The notes below the pieces were generated by a model. The model had not been told where the DNA came from, ran no database searches, and saw only the letters and a program-made list of their open reading frames with translations. The translations under genes were made by a program, and so were the position numbers. A stretch of 64,000 nucleotides of DNA from Lama guanicoe (lineage: Eukaryota), in the NCBI GenBank assembly GCA_013239625.1, contig MU053376.1, positions 2,631,078 to 2,695,077 of the forward strand, in the 5' to 3' direction. Shown one piece after another: positions 47,991-61,978 of this stretch. Within the stretch, counting starts at the first letter, position 1, and the number at the start of each line of letters is the position of its first letter.

Positions 47991-50900
47991 ACATAGTGAA
48001 TTTCATTTGCTAGTTTACAGTCAACAAATAATATGATTCTGGCTCTTCATGTGCTTAATAACACTGTATTCTTAACATATAGGTCCTGGCTTTCAAAATC
48101 AAGGTAAAATCAAAGGTAGGCAAATGCAGTGTAGCTAACAAGTCAAGGAAACTTAAAAAAATGACGAAACTAATAGCAAATAGCATAGGAATCCAGATAA
48201 GAAAGAGATGATGCGGATGAGCCACTCTCAAACTTCCCATTTCATTTGATCCTCACTATGATTCTATTATGGAAGCAGGGGAAGCGATAAGTGCATTTGA
48301 CAGAACAGAAAACTGCAGCATAGACAGGTCCTGGCTCCATTTCAGCCACTGTGAAGTGATGGATTGAGAAAAACTTGAAGTTCTCTTCCAAGGCTGTCAT
48401 TCTATTATTCTTTGCTTTTCCTAAAGTGAGCCTGTTCGTTGCTATGAGATTTGATACCAGCACTCACATTTCTTGATTCTAAGCCCAGGACTTTGCACCT
48501 AAGCCAGGAGTGCTTAGGAAGTAGGAGAATCTCGCTTCAAAGGAAAATGAAAATTCCAGCTGTGCAGAAATGTTCTTTTCCCTTTCCTACTGGCATCATT
48601 TTCACACAGGCTTCAAACCTCAATACAGGGGCTCTGGCAATGTGTGTTCACGTGGACTCTTGTCTGAAAAGCGATTTCCATATTCGGACATCAAAGTGCT
48701 TTTACTCTGTTGTAATTACACCTTCCTCCTAACCTGCTTATTGATGTTTGTTCAGTCCCCTTTCAGGTTCTTCCACACTCGAGCTTTCCCCCACCCCGCG
48801 CCCAAATAAATGAATCTTTCCACCTCTTGGTTTTCTTTTCCTTTCAGTTGCTTGCGTTATTAAAATAAGCCAATCTTGTTTTCCAAAATAAATATTTAAG
48901 TTGAAGTTCTACTCTTCTGTCAAAAGACAAAAATAAGCATCCTAGCAGAAGAACCAGTTACACATTTAGAACACTAACAGTGGGAACCCAGTGTTTATAT
49001 TTATGGGTGCGTCCATGTGTATATAAACATATACTATCCCTCTGGTGTACTTTCTGGTTGGCTTCTTTAGACTCCAATTTGATCTATAGGTCCAGAGTAG
49101 CCTCAACTCCCCAAAGACCTTGGGGCATTATTTTGTTCCAAGAGACAATGCCATAGCAATATCATGTTTGCCTGGTTACAGAGACTTCCACAGAGGCCAA
49201 CATATTCCTGGCAAGGTTTAGCAGGTGCTGAATTTGAAATAATGATAGCATTCTATAATTTGGTTCTGACTGCTTTTATCCAATGATTCTGTCAACAAGG
49301 AGGTATGTAGTACATCTCTGCAATGTGGAGAAAGGGAAATACACATGACCAGCTTTTAAAAATGGATAAATTACATTCGCATTGAAGGCGAAGAATTACT
49401 TTTGGGTGTGTTAAGTCATTGTTTAAAAGTTCATTACTTTATCATACTTACTATATCATAAGCACCTTGATGTGTGGAACTTGTTCCTACTGCCCTCGTC
49501 CAGGACCTAGAATAGAAATTGGTCCAGAAGGGATGTTACATGATGGGTGATCCATGTAAACGTTAAGAGCAATGTGACATCTCATAACAGACACTATACA
49601 GTGGAAAAACTAAAAGCCTGGAAGACGTGCTTGGGATCTGGTTTCTTTTAACTAAACCCTTGGCTAAGGATGTCTGTGAATCTTTGGGCTTGGTGGAACC
49701 ATTTTCTTTAAAACAAATTAATAAACTGATATTCAAAAAGTATTACATGCTATTAGTTAATAAACTAAAATTAAAATTACTTTTAAAGTATTTCTAAATT
49801 CATGGTAGCTTTCTTTTTAATCACTATATATATTTTCAATCAAAGAGGCTAAGAAAAGTAAAGCTACTATTTATGCAACCATCCAGGTTTGGATATTGAA
49901 AAAGGATTCTAGTACTGGGTTGGGAATCACTTGTTCAGATTAATAGCAACTGAACAACTGTAAAACCTAGTATAAGATCTGAGATGCTGGCCCAAGAAAC
50001 TCCTTGATTCACGTTATGACAATCTGTGTGTTTCCCAATAAATCCAACAGCATATTTTCATAATAGCATGCACAAATTGTATGAAAATGTTACATAATTT
50101 ATTTATGAAAGTAAAAAATGCCCCCCCCCGACTGATTACCTGGAAATGGTGCCAAATCAATTATTACAACATACAGCAAACATACAAAGAGCCACATGTG
50201 GAACTGAGGCCAAAAATGGTCTTTAAAATGGAGGAGTGTCCCCCAAACTTCAGACACACTGAGGTATGAGAGAGTAAAATAATCAGAAAATAGAGATATT
50301 GAGAATCTCAAAGTCTTGAAGGGAAATCCTTCTTTAAAGGAAGTAATTCTCGGCATCTCTGTCTCTTACAGAGCTGGACTCAGCTAATTTCTCTGAGCTG
50401 AAAAGCTGTTTGTTTGTCTTTGCACAGGTCCTAGTAGGCCACAGTGGGAGTTTCTGGTCTTGCAGTTACAGCAAGCAATCTGGACTCGAGAGCTAAGTGT
50501 TCTCTTATCGTTTATAAGGCTGTTACCAACTCCTCCTCTCCCCTCCTCGCTAGCTTGGTAGGAGATGGGTGAGAATTGCTGCTTCTCAAAATTGTAAGCT
50601 TCTTTAATGAAGATGTGTTTATATATGACAACAGGGAGGGTTGTGACCCATGTAATTTATGAGGGACTTGACATCAAATTGGCTCCTGTTGCTAAAGTAT
50701 GTATTAACCAGTATTAAATAAATGTTTATGGGTAAATGTCAAGAATATAGCACTCTGTAAGGATGCTAGCTTCATGACATGATTTGCACTTACTCTGTTA
50801 GTCATAGGTAGACCAAGAATTTCAGGTCCAAGAATAAATGGACATTATAGAAGGCCCACTTGAACTCCAAAGGGGCTATATGAGGGACTACAGAAAAGGA

Positions 50901-51899
50901 GATAAAGTCAGAGATGGCCAGTGTTTGTCAGAAGAAAATACAAAAATACCCAATATATGACTTAGGCAAAGTCAACATCAAGATGGTCTCCATTTACATC
51001 TTCTTCCTCTTTTCTCTCCTCTGGTGCCTCAAATATTTACTGAAATCTTATCTTTCAAGCTTTGTGCTAGGTCTTAGATTTCAAGAGCAAGCAAGACAGA
51101 TTTGGCCTCTTCCCTCCTGGACCTAACTGTTGCTCCTTTTCATTTACACATGCATTTCCTGGAGCCTGGTGATCCTATGGCTAGAGCAAAATCCAAAAGT
51201 AGGTGGTAAAACTGACATACAGCCCTACGGGACCAGGGGCTGATGCCATTCAGTGGGGTCTGTCCAGGGGGGCACTTCTTGTGAATAATTTGACCTTTTC
51301 CCTTGTTTTCTCTGGGACTATGGTTACAATTATGTTTAGCCAGGAGTTTTGGTTGCCATCATTTTGTTTTTTATTTGCTTGTCTTTTTAATTTCCCATTA
51401 CACAGTAGGATCTCTTGATCTACCAGTAACTCATCAGAAAAGTTTGATGCATCAGGATAGCTTTACATGATAGTGTTGCAAAGAATAAATGGATGGAGAA
51501 TTTAACAAGAAAAGAAAGAAAGAAAGAAAAGTGTGGCCTGCCCTACATTTACCCCTTCAGTGAAATCTAGCATAACTTTGAGGAGGCTGTGCCTACGTGT
51601 TCCAGGTGGTGATCAGCAGCAAAGGGAGGTCTTCTCCTGGAGGCGTTAGGAGAAATGAGAAGGAGAAGACTGTGGTCAAGGAGCTTCTAGAGGCTCAAGA
51701 GACAAAGCCTTTCTTCTCTTAAAACACTGGTGACGTCAATCTTGAAGTGTGTTTCCCTAATTAGGGAAAATCCTCTATTGAGAGTAAAGAGAAATGTGTT
51801 GGGCAGAAGGGAAGGGTAGATATTTGAGAAAACTGGAAAAAGTGTGAAATAGGTGAGACAGAGAAAGACAGAGAGATTTGATGGAAAAACATAGGCAAT

Positions 51900-52600
51900 G
51901 TTGAAGGTCCAGTCCAGATGGTTTAGTTTCCACTGGTCTGTCTTATTTTCTCCAGTAGAAGACCTGAAGATTTAGAAAGGGGCTTCAAGGAGGTCCACCC
52001 AGCTTTGGTGTTTGGCCAGGCAGGTCCAGTGGGAGAACAGGAGGGTAAGAAAGTTAAGGGCGCTGGAAAGAAAAAGGGGGGAAATGATGGATCAGAGAAT
52101 CTCAATCAGAAAGGAAGGGATGAAAGACAGGAGGTGAGAAACGATAGGAAGTAGAGGAGCCTATGAACTGGAGACCACAGGGAGAACAAAGAATGGCGGC
52201 TTGTGAGTAACTGATTAGTTATACTCAGAGTCAGATGTCTTAAAAAAAAAAAAGTTCAGATCTGGAGCAATTCTGGGTGACAAGTTTCAGGGTGTGTCTA
52301 GGAGAATGGGTGGCTGAAGTGGGGAAGTCATTGGAAATGATTATGTTCAGGAAATAAGTGTTCAGGATGATAAACATGGATACGACATCATCCTGAAATA
52401 TGGGCGAGGTTGGATAGAAAAGAAGACAACGAGGATGCCAAAGTCTTCAGTGAATCAAGGGCAGTGGGGAAGAGAGGCCAGTAGCTGACAGCCAGCAGAA
52501 GGCGTGGAATCATCATATTGCTCTACGGAGCTCCTTCCACAGAGGCAGGGAATCTTTCTTTAATGAGAGGTTGGAAGAGAAAGAACCTGAAATTGACAGT
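51900..52600 (-). mobile_element. Degenerate L2 body fragment
   Basis: Purine-rich antisense L2-like text similar to 21900-22190. Confidence 0.5.
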
Positions 52601-53224
52601 GTGGAAAAACATACTATTTACCATAGAAACCACAGAATTGATAAGGCTGACTTGGTAGTTTTAACTTTCTCTTTTAGAAAATTTTAAATAGAACAAGAAT
52701 TAGCATCTTGAATGTGGCATGTAGTTTGTTCTCTTGCTGGTATATTTTCTTTACATCATGTTTTCTGTCCCTTGAGTTTATCCTAGTTTTATGCTCTCCT
52801 AAAACTGCTTTGCTCTGCTCTGTGCCTGGTCAAAGGGTTTACTTGTTTGCACAGCCCTGTAACATATCATGACAAAGCATATAATGTACCACACCCAGAC
52901 CCCAGTTCCTAGGAAAGATTAAGAGATATTTAATCCCTCATTTGTAGCTAAGTGATCTGACATCGTATTATTATAAGCCCATAAAATGGTGCCTACTGTG
53001 TGCACAGCCCCTTGACAAAGAGTGTTAATGAAAGAAAAGAGATTTGAATTAAATCTCTGCTTTGGTAGCTTCACTTATTTATCCACTTATTCACCTATTT
53101 ATTGACTATATTTTTTATGTCAGCCACTGCTAGACAAACATAAAGTTAGTTGCTAGAAACATAAAGGTGACGAATTCTTAATCTTTGACTTTGAAAGGCT
53201 GTGGTCTAGTGGCATAAAAAAAGA

Positions 53225-53453
53225 CAATTGACCCTTGAACAATGGTTTGAGCCTCAGGGGTTCACTTTTACAGGCATTTTTTTTTTCAATAAATACTACA
53301 AGTATTACATGATGGTTGAATCTGTGGATGGTCAAATACAGGAGTCAGAACCATGGATGCAGAGGGTGGACTGTGGGACTTGAGTATCCACAGATTTTGG
53401 AAAATTCAGCAGATCCTGGAACCAATTTCTCTCTGCTGTTCAAGGATCAACTG
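53225..53453. mobile_element. Tigger-derived MITE nested in L2
   Basis: TIRs caattgacccttgaaca / tgttcaaggatcaactg followed by TA. Confidence 0.82.
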
Positions 53454-54734
53454 TAACTACGGACCTTTGTAAAGTGTTGTAAGAGAATGTGGCACAAAGT
53501 GCTATAAATGTGTGGGAAGGCCACAAGCTGACAGTAGTTAATCTGCATCCTGAAATAAGAGAATCACAGGTAAAGGGCTTAGCAGCTGAGGTGAAAAGAG
53601 CACAGAGCTTAGGAAAGAGCAAACAGCTCAGCTAGGCTTTAGCACAGGGTGTGTAGGGAGAGGAAGGAAATGATATCAGTGGGAGGGTGTAGAGGGAGCA
53701 GATCCTGGAGGCCTTGAATGCCATGCTCAGGAGGTTGGATTCTATTCTACGGAAAGTCAAGGCTATATAGGATTTAAGATAATTTTTTTTTTTTTTAGAT
53801 GGCAATGCTGGCAACACGATTGACAATGGAATCGGGGGTGAGAATAGGGTTCGCTTGAGGCCAGAAGATCACTTAACAGATTATGACAAAGGAAAAAAAA
53901 AAAAGAAGAAATTGGTATGGTAAAGGAAAAAAGAAAAAAAAAATAGGAGAGGTTTAGAAGGTTGAATTCACAGGACTTGCTGAATGAGATGTCAGGTTGG
54001 AAATGAGAGAAAAGTAGAGGACTTCCAGAATGACTGCAGAAGTCCAGCCCAAATTTACTTGGTGTCTTATGGTGGCATTTATGTCTAGAAACACCGGAGG
54101 AAATGGAGTTTTGGCTGGAGAGGAGATTTGAGTTGCCAGTAAGGGAGGGAGACGATAAGATCATTTTTATAGGATGGATTTGAGATGTCTCTCAGAACTC
54201 CCAGCTAATGGCCTCTGTACAAAGTAATTGTTTATTTGAGTCTGGAACTCGGGAAGAGTTCAGGCTGAAAATGTGACTGAGATGTCAGTGTCTAGGTTTC
54301 ACCAAGATCATGAAAGTAGGTCCTAGAAAGCAGACACAGAGAACACAGATGTTCAGCCTGAGAGGCTTGAGATGAATTTTGGAGCATCTGTGAAACAGAC
54401 ACAGAGAAAATTTTTTTCTCTTTTAATTTCCTTCCTGCTAGTTTGAAATCATCTTTGTTGAAACGAAAGAAAATGAGAAAGTGTTCTCTCACCAACACAA
54501 GTGGGATAGAAGTGGGTGCTGCTGCAGAATCAGACAACGCACCGTAATAGCTGGATGAAAGACAGTGGGAGGCTGAAGGGCATCCACCAGCTGCAGGAAA
54601 GCCCCTGCTCCACTCGAGGTGATGGTGGGCCTGGGAAGGCACAGAACCCATGGTGCCCAATCTTCTGACATTTTAAGGAGAGCTATAAACACGAAGTTTT
54701 ATGAGAAATTTTCAGATTTTAAAAACCCTGTGCA

Positions 54735-56500
54735 TGAATTCATTTATTCAACAAATGTATGCCAGATACCCACTATGTGCCAGGCACTATTCTAGGACCT
54801 GGAGACTTAGCAGTACATAAAGGAGACAAAAATCTCTTTCTTGGGTGAAATTTGCATTCCAGTGTGGGGGTACATACAATAAACACAAGAAATGAGTGAG
54901 CTCAAAGAGTCCGATGCAGCCAAAGCAGGGAGATCCAGAAAGAGTCTGAGCAGATGAGATCGGAGAAGTAAGAAAGAACAGGATCCTGTGGAGTCTGATC
55001 AGCTATCGTGAGGTCTGGGCTGTTATCCTGGGGGAGACAGGAAGCCACTGGTGCGTCTGAGCCCGGTGACTCTGTGCTTGCTATGTTGAGAGAACACTTC
55101 TACGGAGTCAGGAGAAGGAGACCTGAGAGGAAGCTAAAGTAACCCAAGCTAAAGAGGAAGCTGCTTGGACAAGACTGGAAAGAGTGGAGGTGGGGAGATG
55201 GAGTCAGATTTGGAATGTATTTTGGAAGCAGAGATGACAGAATTTGCTGATAGATTCCATGTAGGGTAAGAGAGAAAGTGAAGTGTCAAATAAGACTCCC
55301 AGGATTTTTGGCCTGATCTGGAAGGATGTGGTTGTCATTAACGAAGATGGAGAAGACTGTGATGTTAGGGGTGGGGTGAAATATAGCAGCTCAGTATTTT
55401 TTACCTGGTAGACTTGAAATAATGCCCATTAGATCTCCAAGTGGGCTTGTCAATTGGCCAATTGGGTATATGTGTTTACAATTCAGGGGAGTAATTCAGA
55501 CTGGACATATGGTTTCAGGAGTCATAGTGCTAATTTTTTAATTTTTAAAAATTTATTATTTTTTTATTGAAGTACAGTAAATTACAATGTGTCAGTTTCT
55601 GGTGTACAGCACAACGTCCCAGTCATATGTATACATTCATTCATATATTCATTTTCATATTTTTTCATTCAAGGTTATTACCAGATATTGAACATATTTC
55701 TCTGTGCTATACAGAAGAAACTTTTTAAAAATCTATTTTTATATATAGTGGCCAACATTTGTAAATTTCAAACTCCCAAATTTATCCTATCCCACCCCCT
55801 TCCCCCAGTAACCATAAGATAATTTACTATGTCTGTGAATCTGTTTCTGTTTTGTAGATGAGTTCATAGCGTCCTTTTAGACAAGATGTTATCAGGGAAG
55901 TAAGTGTTGATAGAGAAAGGAAAAGGTCAAAGGACTGAGCACTGAAGCACTGTTTTTTAGAATTTGGGGAAATGAAGAGGAGCCAGCAAAGCCAACCAGC
56001 AAAATAGAAGAAAAACCAGGACAACGTGGCATCCAAGAGAATAAGGTGCTTTAAGAAGAAGGAAGTGGTCAACTTGCTCCCATGCAGTTGCCAATCCCAA
56101 GAAATGACCATGTAGCAATGTGAGGATCACTAATGACCTGGATTAAGCGCAGTTTTAGTAGCGTGATGGGGGGATGGGTGAACTCTTGATTGGAACGGTT
56201 TCAAGACGGAGGAGAGAAATTAGACCCAGGAAGTATTTGTAAATATCTTTGAAGAATTTTAAGGGAAATAAAAATGATGCAGTGGCTGAAAGGAGAAGTG
56301 GGTCAAGAGAGGACTTTTGGTGTTTTTTTGAAGATCAGAGAAATTATAGTATGTGTGTATGTTTGCAAGGAAGATCCAACTGAGAAAAAACCGATGATGC
56401 AGGTGAGAGGGGAGGCAATCGCTGGAAGAATGTCCTAACGTAGGAGAGGCAGGTTGGGGTCCAGGGTCCGAGTAGAGGTTGGGAGCCTAGACAAATGATG
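54735..56500 (-). mobile_element. L2 LINE (antisense), interrupted by an L1 tail
   Basis: 'catttattcaacaaatgtatgccagatacccactatgtgccaggcactattctagg' L2 3' end followed by typical L2 body. Confidence 0.85.
55535..55875 (-). mobile_element. L1 3' end inside L2
   Basis: T-tail, 'ttgaagtacagt...gtttctggtgtacagcac...tgtctgtgaatctgtttctgttttgtag'. Confidence 0.88.
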
Positions 56501-57709
56501 CACACCATGTTCCGGGTCCAGTGTGCAAGGCTATCTACCAGTTTGTAATCTCTGCACATTATATCTGCTCATCGTGAAAATATACTGGACATTGTGGGTC
56601 CTTCACAGCAGAAAAGGCTTCCTTTGGAAGCACCACCAATATTTAGATGTTCTTCAATGTGAACATTGCCAGACTAAAGCTGCTGCCCATACTTGGTAGG
56701 ACTTTGAGGGAATCACGTCTTCTAGAAATGGTCAGTTGGATGTGGGTTTGGAATGAAGAAATAAAGATAATGGCTAAATTGATTTCAAACTGCGTCATCC
56801 ACACTAAAACTATTTACATTTCTTTGTCACATTTTGGTCTTAGTCAATGAGGAAGAGAAAGCCATGACATTTCAGCTCCTGGATTAAAACCACCGACATC
56901 TCTCAAAGAACCTGATTGGTCTCTAAAGTACATGTTGCTATCATCACAGAAAAATTCTCAACTTGTCAGCTTCTTTTGGAAACTTAGGCTTGTCCCATAT
57001 TTGAAGTGATGAAAATTGTGTTTGTCAAACAGTACTTCAACTAGAAGTAAAAACATTAGTGCTCTGTGCACAGACTGAGCACCTGTGATCCTTGGCAGCC
57101 TTTCTGGATCTGGTGCTTTAGAGAGGAAGGCTCCCCATGGGTCAACATGCGTATTCCTTTATCCATGGGAGGTACTTGTGTCAAATGGCCAATGAGCCTA
57201 GTTCATCACACAATATGGGGGCACATGATAAACAGTTGCTAAATTCATGAAAAAAAATTAGCTCTGTCTGCTATCTGAAATACTGTAACTTCCATTAGAT
57301 CTTGGATTTTGAATTAGCATTTTGTGAATGATTTTATTAAGAAACGTGAGTAGACCAGATTTTCTTCTGTAACTCACAAGTTCATTGGCTTTTCAGGGGA
57401 CAGGTGTTGATACACTTTGGGGCATTTTAGGAAATATTTTGGATAAGAAGAGCCTACTATCTAAGTCACTTAAAAGGAAAGAGCTAATCCACAGTTTGCC
57501 TTACTTGCTGGATGTTTCTATCTTAAGAACAAAGAAGACTTTTCAACTTCTGCACTCTGTTCTCTGTTTTTCATTGATATAGTCAATTTTTTCCGGTCCT
57601 ATCCAGATGCTAAATGAATGTTGGCTGATAAAGAAGTCTCTGTCCTTTAGGTGATAACAACATCACATGAAATACTTAAGCTTAAAAAAAATTCATATAC
57701 ACACACAGT

Positions 57710-60130
57710 GACTTCTGGTTTAAAATGATGATGAAATGCATATTCATGTTGATTTCTACTCTTTCCCATAATGCCACTGAAGTGATAGGAGAGACATTTT
57801 CTAAAAGGTAGAAGAACACAAGAGAAAGATGAAGGGTAAGGAGAGACACACAGGTGTTTGAATGGTTCCTGACTTAACAGAGAGTAGGAAGCTGAAACCT
57901 GTCTGTGGAGGGAGAAGCCCGTCTATATGCTGAAGAACCTCACAAAAGCTGAAACACTGGAGGCACCAAGAGCCTCTGAAGATGGAGGACTGAAGGTATG
58001 GACTGAAAACAGGAGAATGGATTGAAAATTTACATGAAGTATATAGACCTCAAAGATCCTTCTCATATCCAGAGCATCCAGGTGACCATCCCGGCAGAAG
58101 GCAGTGGGTATTAAGTTGAAAAATCAAGCCATAGTAATGTTTGACTCAAAGATACCAGAAAGTGAAAGAAGAAGGGTGGGAAAGAAAAATATTAAGAACA
58201 CAGGATGTTGGTAGTGAGGCTTAAACCTCTGCCCCATCCCAGGGGCTTTGGAGGATTTCTTCCTAGAGAAACAAATGAATCTAAGAGAAAATATTTTCAG
58301 ACAATAACATACGGAGCTACTTCCTACACTGATAAGTTCCCAACCCAATGACCCTACAGTCAAGCCGACCAGGAAATCAGCCTGGACCAACACATACACA
58401 CAGAGCAGCTTTTTTGAAGCCTTACTCTTAAATTATAAAGGAAAGTTATAAACCATAAGACAGTTGAGAAAGGCCTCCAGCATGAAAAAAAAGCCAAAAC
58501 TAAAAAAAAAGAAAAAAATACAGACAAAAAACCAAAACCAAAACCAAAACAACAAAACTCAGAAGACACACACAGACAATGCGAACAGCAGAAGAAATTC
58601 CCACCACCAAAAACAAAAGTAGAAAAAATAAACCTGCATAATTAATATCATCAACTATAAAACAAACTACTATATATGTATGAAATGAGAAAAGGATGCT
58701 AATAAAAGCAAAAAAGATATTCAGAACATAGGGACTGATGGCAATTAAAAAGATCATAGCAATAATAAAAGTTTAATAGGAGGAATGCATAATAAAATTG
58801 AGCAAATCTTTAAGGAACTATAACAAAAAGACAAAGTGATAAAAGATAGCAAAAAAAAAAAATACAAAGTTAGAGAACCAGTAGGAATCCTAGGGCTAGT
58901 GGTCTAACTAGGAGTTCAAGAAAGAGAATATAGAAGAAAAATAACAAAAGAATAATAGGAAAAGCCTTCCTAAAACTGGAGGACATGAATTTTAGACTGA
59001 CTTGTCCACACAGTGAATGAAAAAAGACTAATAGCCTAATACAAGGCATGTTGTGATAAAATGTCAGAGTTCCAAGGTCAAAGAGAAGAAACTGTAACCT
59101 TCTAGAGGAGAAAACTGGGTCAAACAGAAAGAATTTGGAGTCAGAATGACATCCAAATTCTAGAAGGTAGTAATCCTGGAAGCAGATGACAATAAAGAAA
59201 TGCCTTCAAAATTCTAAGAAAAGGAATTTCAGCTTAGATTCTCTAACAACCACAACAACAGAAGTCTAGACAAACTTTCCATTAACTTTGTGTGGTAAGC
59301 CAAGAGTTTTCAAATATTAAAAAAATTTTTAAGTGAGAAAATTACTTCCCACGCCTCTCACCCTTTTCAGGAAGCTACCAAAATGAGGAGAAACACATGA
59401 CGAGGAAGACAAAGGTGCCAGAAGCAGGAGATCCAGTAACAATAATAACAAAAGAGGCAAAGTTAATTCTCAGAATCAGGGTAAAAGGAAGTCCCAAGAT
59501 GGCAGAAGTGCAGATTTGTAGAAGATAATGAAAGACTACACAAGTTTGTACTCCAAAAAGAAGGAACAAAATGGAACTCATAGTTTATTTAATGTCTGAG
59601 CATATTTCAGGGGATTTTACAGTTCCGTGTAAAGTTACTGAAATGTACATAGAAAAATGGAGAAAGCAGTAGAATGAGGCATTTATCAGTGGAAAGAAAT
59701 CTTTAAAAATTAGTGCAAAAAAAGAAATTTAATAATAATACACTACATGCTAATCTGTTAATATTTATGCTCTACTAATATATATACATTTTAATGAATA
59801 CTAATTAAAGTAAAAATGGTAATGGAACTATATTGAAAGCATGAGGGGGAGAGAAGGGGAAGTATGTGTGGGAGGTGAGGGTGTAAGACAGTTAAATTCT
59901 GATCTTCCATCATAGGAAGTCAACAAATAAGGTCTAAAATTGATAAATAGTTCAACATGAAGAATAGAGACATGGAACTATATACCTGAAGATAGAGTTA
60001 AAAATGTTGGAAAATGCTACCTTTTCGGGGGATACTGGGTCAAAGTATTGCTGCTTCATGTCCTTAAAAAGTACTATTTGGCTTTTTAAATTGCGCACAC
60101 ACACATATAGCCTAAATTCAAATTTAAAAA
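57710..60130 (+). mobile_element. Near-complete HAL1-like (ORF1-only) element
   Basis: 5' 'gacttctggtttaaaatg'; ORF1-like 'ggagtcagaatgacatc...aatgccttcaaaattctaag'; 3' 'cttccatcataggaagtcaacaaataaggtctaaaattga'; no ORF2 seen. Confidence 0.65.
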
Positions 60131-60491
60131 TCACGTATAAAGCTGTGTAGGAAAAAAGATGTATTGTGAATATTTAGTAAAAAATAAAAAAATGTACATA
60201 CAACACACAATATAGTGTTGCTACATTGTAGAGTATTAATAAATTCCTAAGATTTACCACTTTGTAATATAAAGGCAGTCTCCTTAACAAAATAATGAAC
60301 AAATATACAAATCTTTACTCATTGTTCCCTAGTAAAACAATCTTTACTAAGAGCTGTGGGAGATATACAGAAATATGAAACATAATTCTTACACTAAAAT
60401 AATAACTGCCATGGCAGCTAATATGTAATTGGTGTAAAGTGAACACCAAGCATTATGTCAAGTATTTTGAATTATCTCACTGTAAGATAGA

Positions 60492-61012
60492 TGTTACCGA
60501 GTCCAAACTCGTTCTGCTTGCCGCATGACAGGCCAGTAAATCGGGAGATGAGGTGTTAGGGCAAGGAACAGTGACTTTCTTCGGAAAGCCAGTAGACTGA
60601 GAAGACGGCAGACTAATGTCCTAGAGAAACATCTTACTCAAGTCAGAATTCAGGCTCCTTTTATACTAAAAAGGGGAAGGGGTGTGGTTGGTTGTTGCAA
60701 ACTTCTGGCTGTAGGAATTCTTTGTTCTTGTAGCTGCTCATGTGGGTCAGATCATGGTGCCCCTGTAAACCTCCAACAAAACAAATGTTATTTTCCGTTT
60801 TGCAACTTGTTATGTTTATATAAGTGCAAAAGTGTTAATATCCTTAAAGGTTAGAGCTTTGAGAATAGGCTCTTCTGTATTTTTCAGGCTAAAGGCAACA
60901 TTCTTTTGTAAAAGGTGAAGAGCTGGCAAGACTAAGCCTATAAAACAGGGCACAGGGCTAAAGCAAAAGAAACAGATCTAATATGGGGTCAGATTTGTTC
61001 TTTTCTATTACC
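60492..61012 (-). mobile_element. ERV1-class solo LTR with 4-bp TSD, nested in a MIR
   Basis: tgttacc start as at 40403; TSD taga (60488-60491 and 61013-61016); MIR text resumes after it (gaggaaactgaggccca). Confidence 0.85.
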
Positions 61013-61420
61013 TAGATACTATTGTTACCTCTATTTTCCAGAAGAGGAAACTGAGGCCCAGTAAAATGAAGTGACTTGTCCAGGTCATGGCGCTCATAAG
61101 AGATGAAGCGAGGATTCAAATCCAACCGAGCACAAGGCTTGAGAGTCTGTGCTGGTATCCACTTTGTCAAACTGTTGTATGATCTGGTTGAGAAAAACAA
61201 ACAGAGCTAAATGTCCTAGTAAGACTGAAAAGAGTTCAGCATAATGCTAGAAGAGATGTCACAAAGGGATGCAAGTTTACTTTAGGGAAAATAAATGTAT
61301 TACTAGGACTCAGGAGAGAGTGAAAACCTGGCAGGCTGATGATCAAGGAAGAACCTACTTGGACCAAGCTGGGCAGGAAGGGCATTCCTTGTGAGTGAGT
61401 CAAGACCGGACGTGGGAAAC

Positions 61421-61978
61421 TGTGCCAGAAGTCAGCAAAGAAGGTGATTTAACTCGGTTGTAGCAAGTTTTATTCATCCATAGGAGACCAGTGAGAGTGA
61501 GGTAGGAAGTCCCATGAAAAAAGACTGGCAGGACGCCCAGGCAGGGCCACTACTCTCCTGCGGTCACCATCTGCTTCCCTGGCCCAGTGGCATTATCTCA
61601 CTTTTTAAACTCTGAAACGGCTTACTTCTAGGAAAGTGGAACTTACCCCTAAGGGTCTATTGGTTCCCTGAGCTAACTCCTGATTGGTCCATTTCTATAA
61701 AGCTTGTTCCTAATCAGTCACCTTTATTATACCTTATTTGCATACGATGTTACAAAATGTTGCAAAGTCTAGACTGGTAGCCTATAAAAGGCTATGTAAA
61801 CCTATAGATGGGGTCTAGAGCTTGGAGTGTTAACTCCTCTGGGCCCGCTGGCATAATAAACCTGAGTTCTCCATCCCCCGTAGTGCTGCTTGGTCTCTCG
61901 CCTGGATCCAGGTTGCTGTCACAACTGAGGTATAACACTGAGCTGTAACACTGAGCTGTAACACACTTTGCTGCAACA
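61421..61978 (+). mobile_element. Relatively young solo LTR with intact promoter motifs (possibly MER41-like)
   Basis: TG...CA; ATTGG at 61659 and 61683, octamer ATTTGCAT 61736-61743, TATAAAA 61783-61789, AATAAA 61855-61860, three 13-bp repeats 61925-61963. Confidence 0.82.

Noticed and set aside
61925..61963. 13-bp direct repeats as a CRISPR-like array
   Set aside because: Head-to-tail with no spacers, inside a mammalian LTR; no prokaryotic content in the window.
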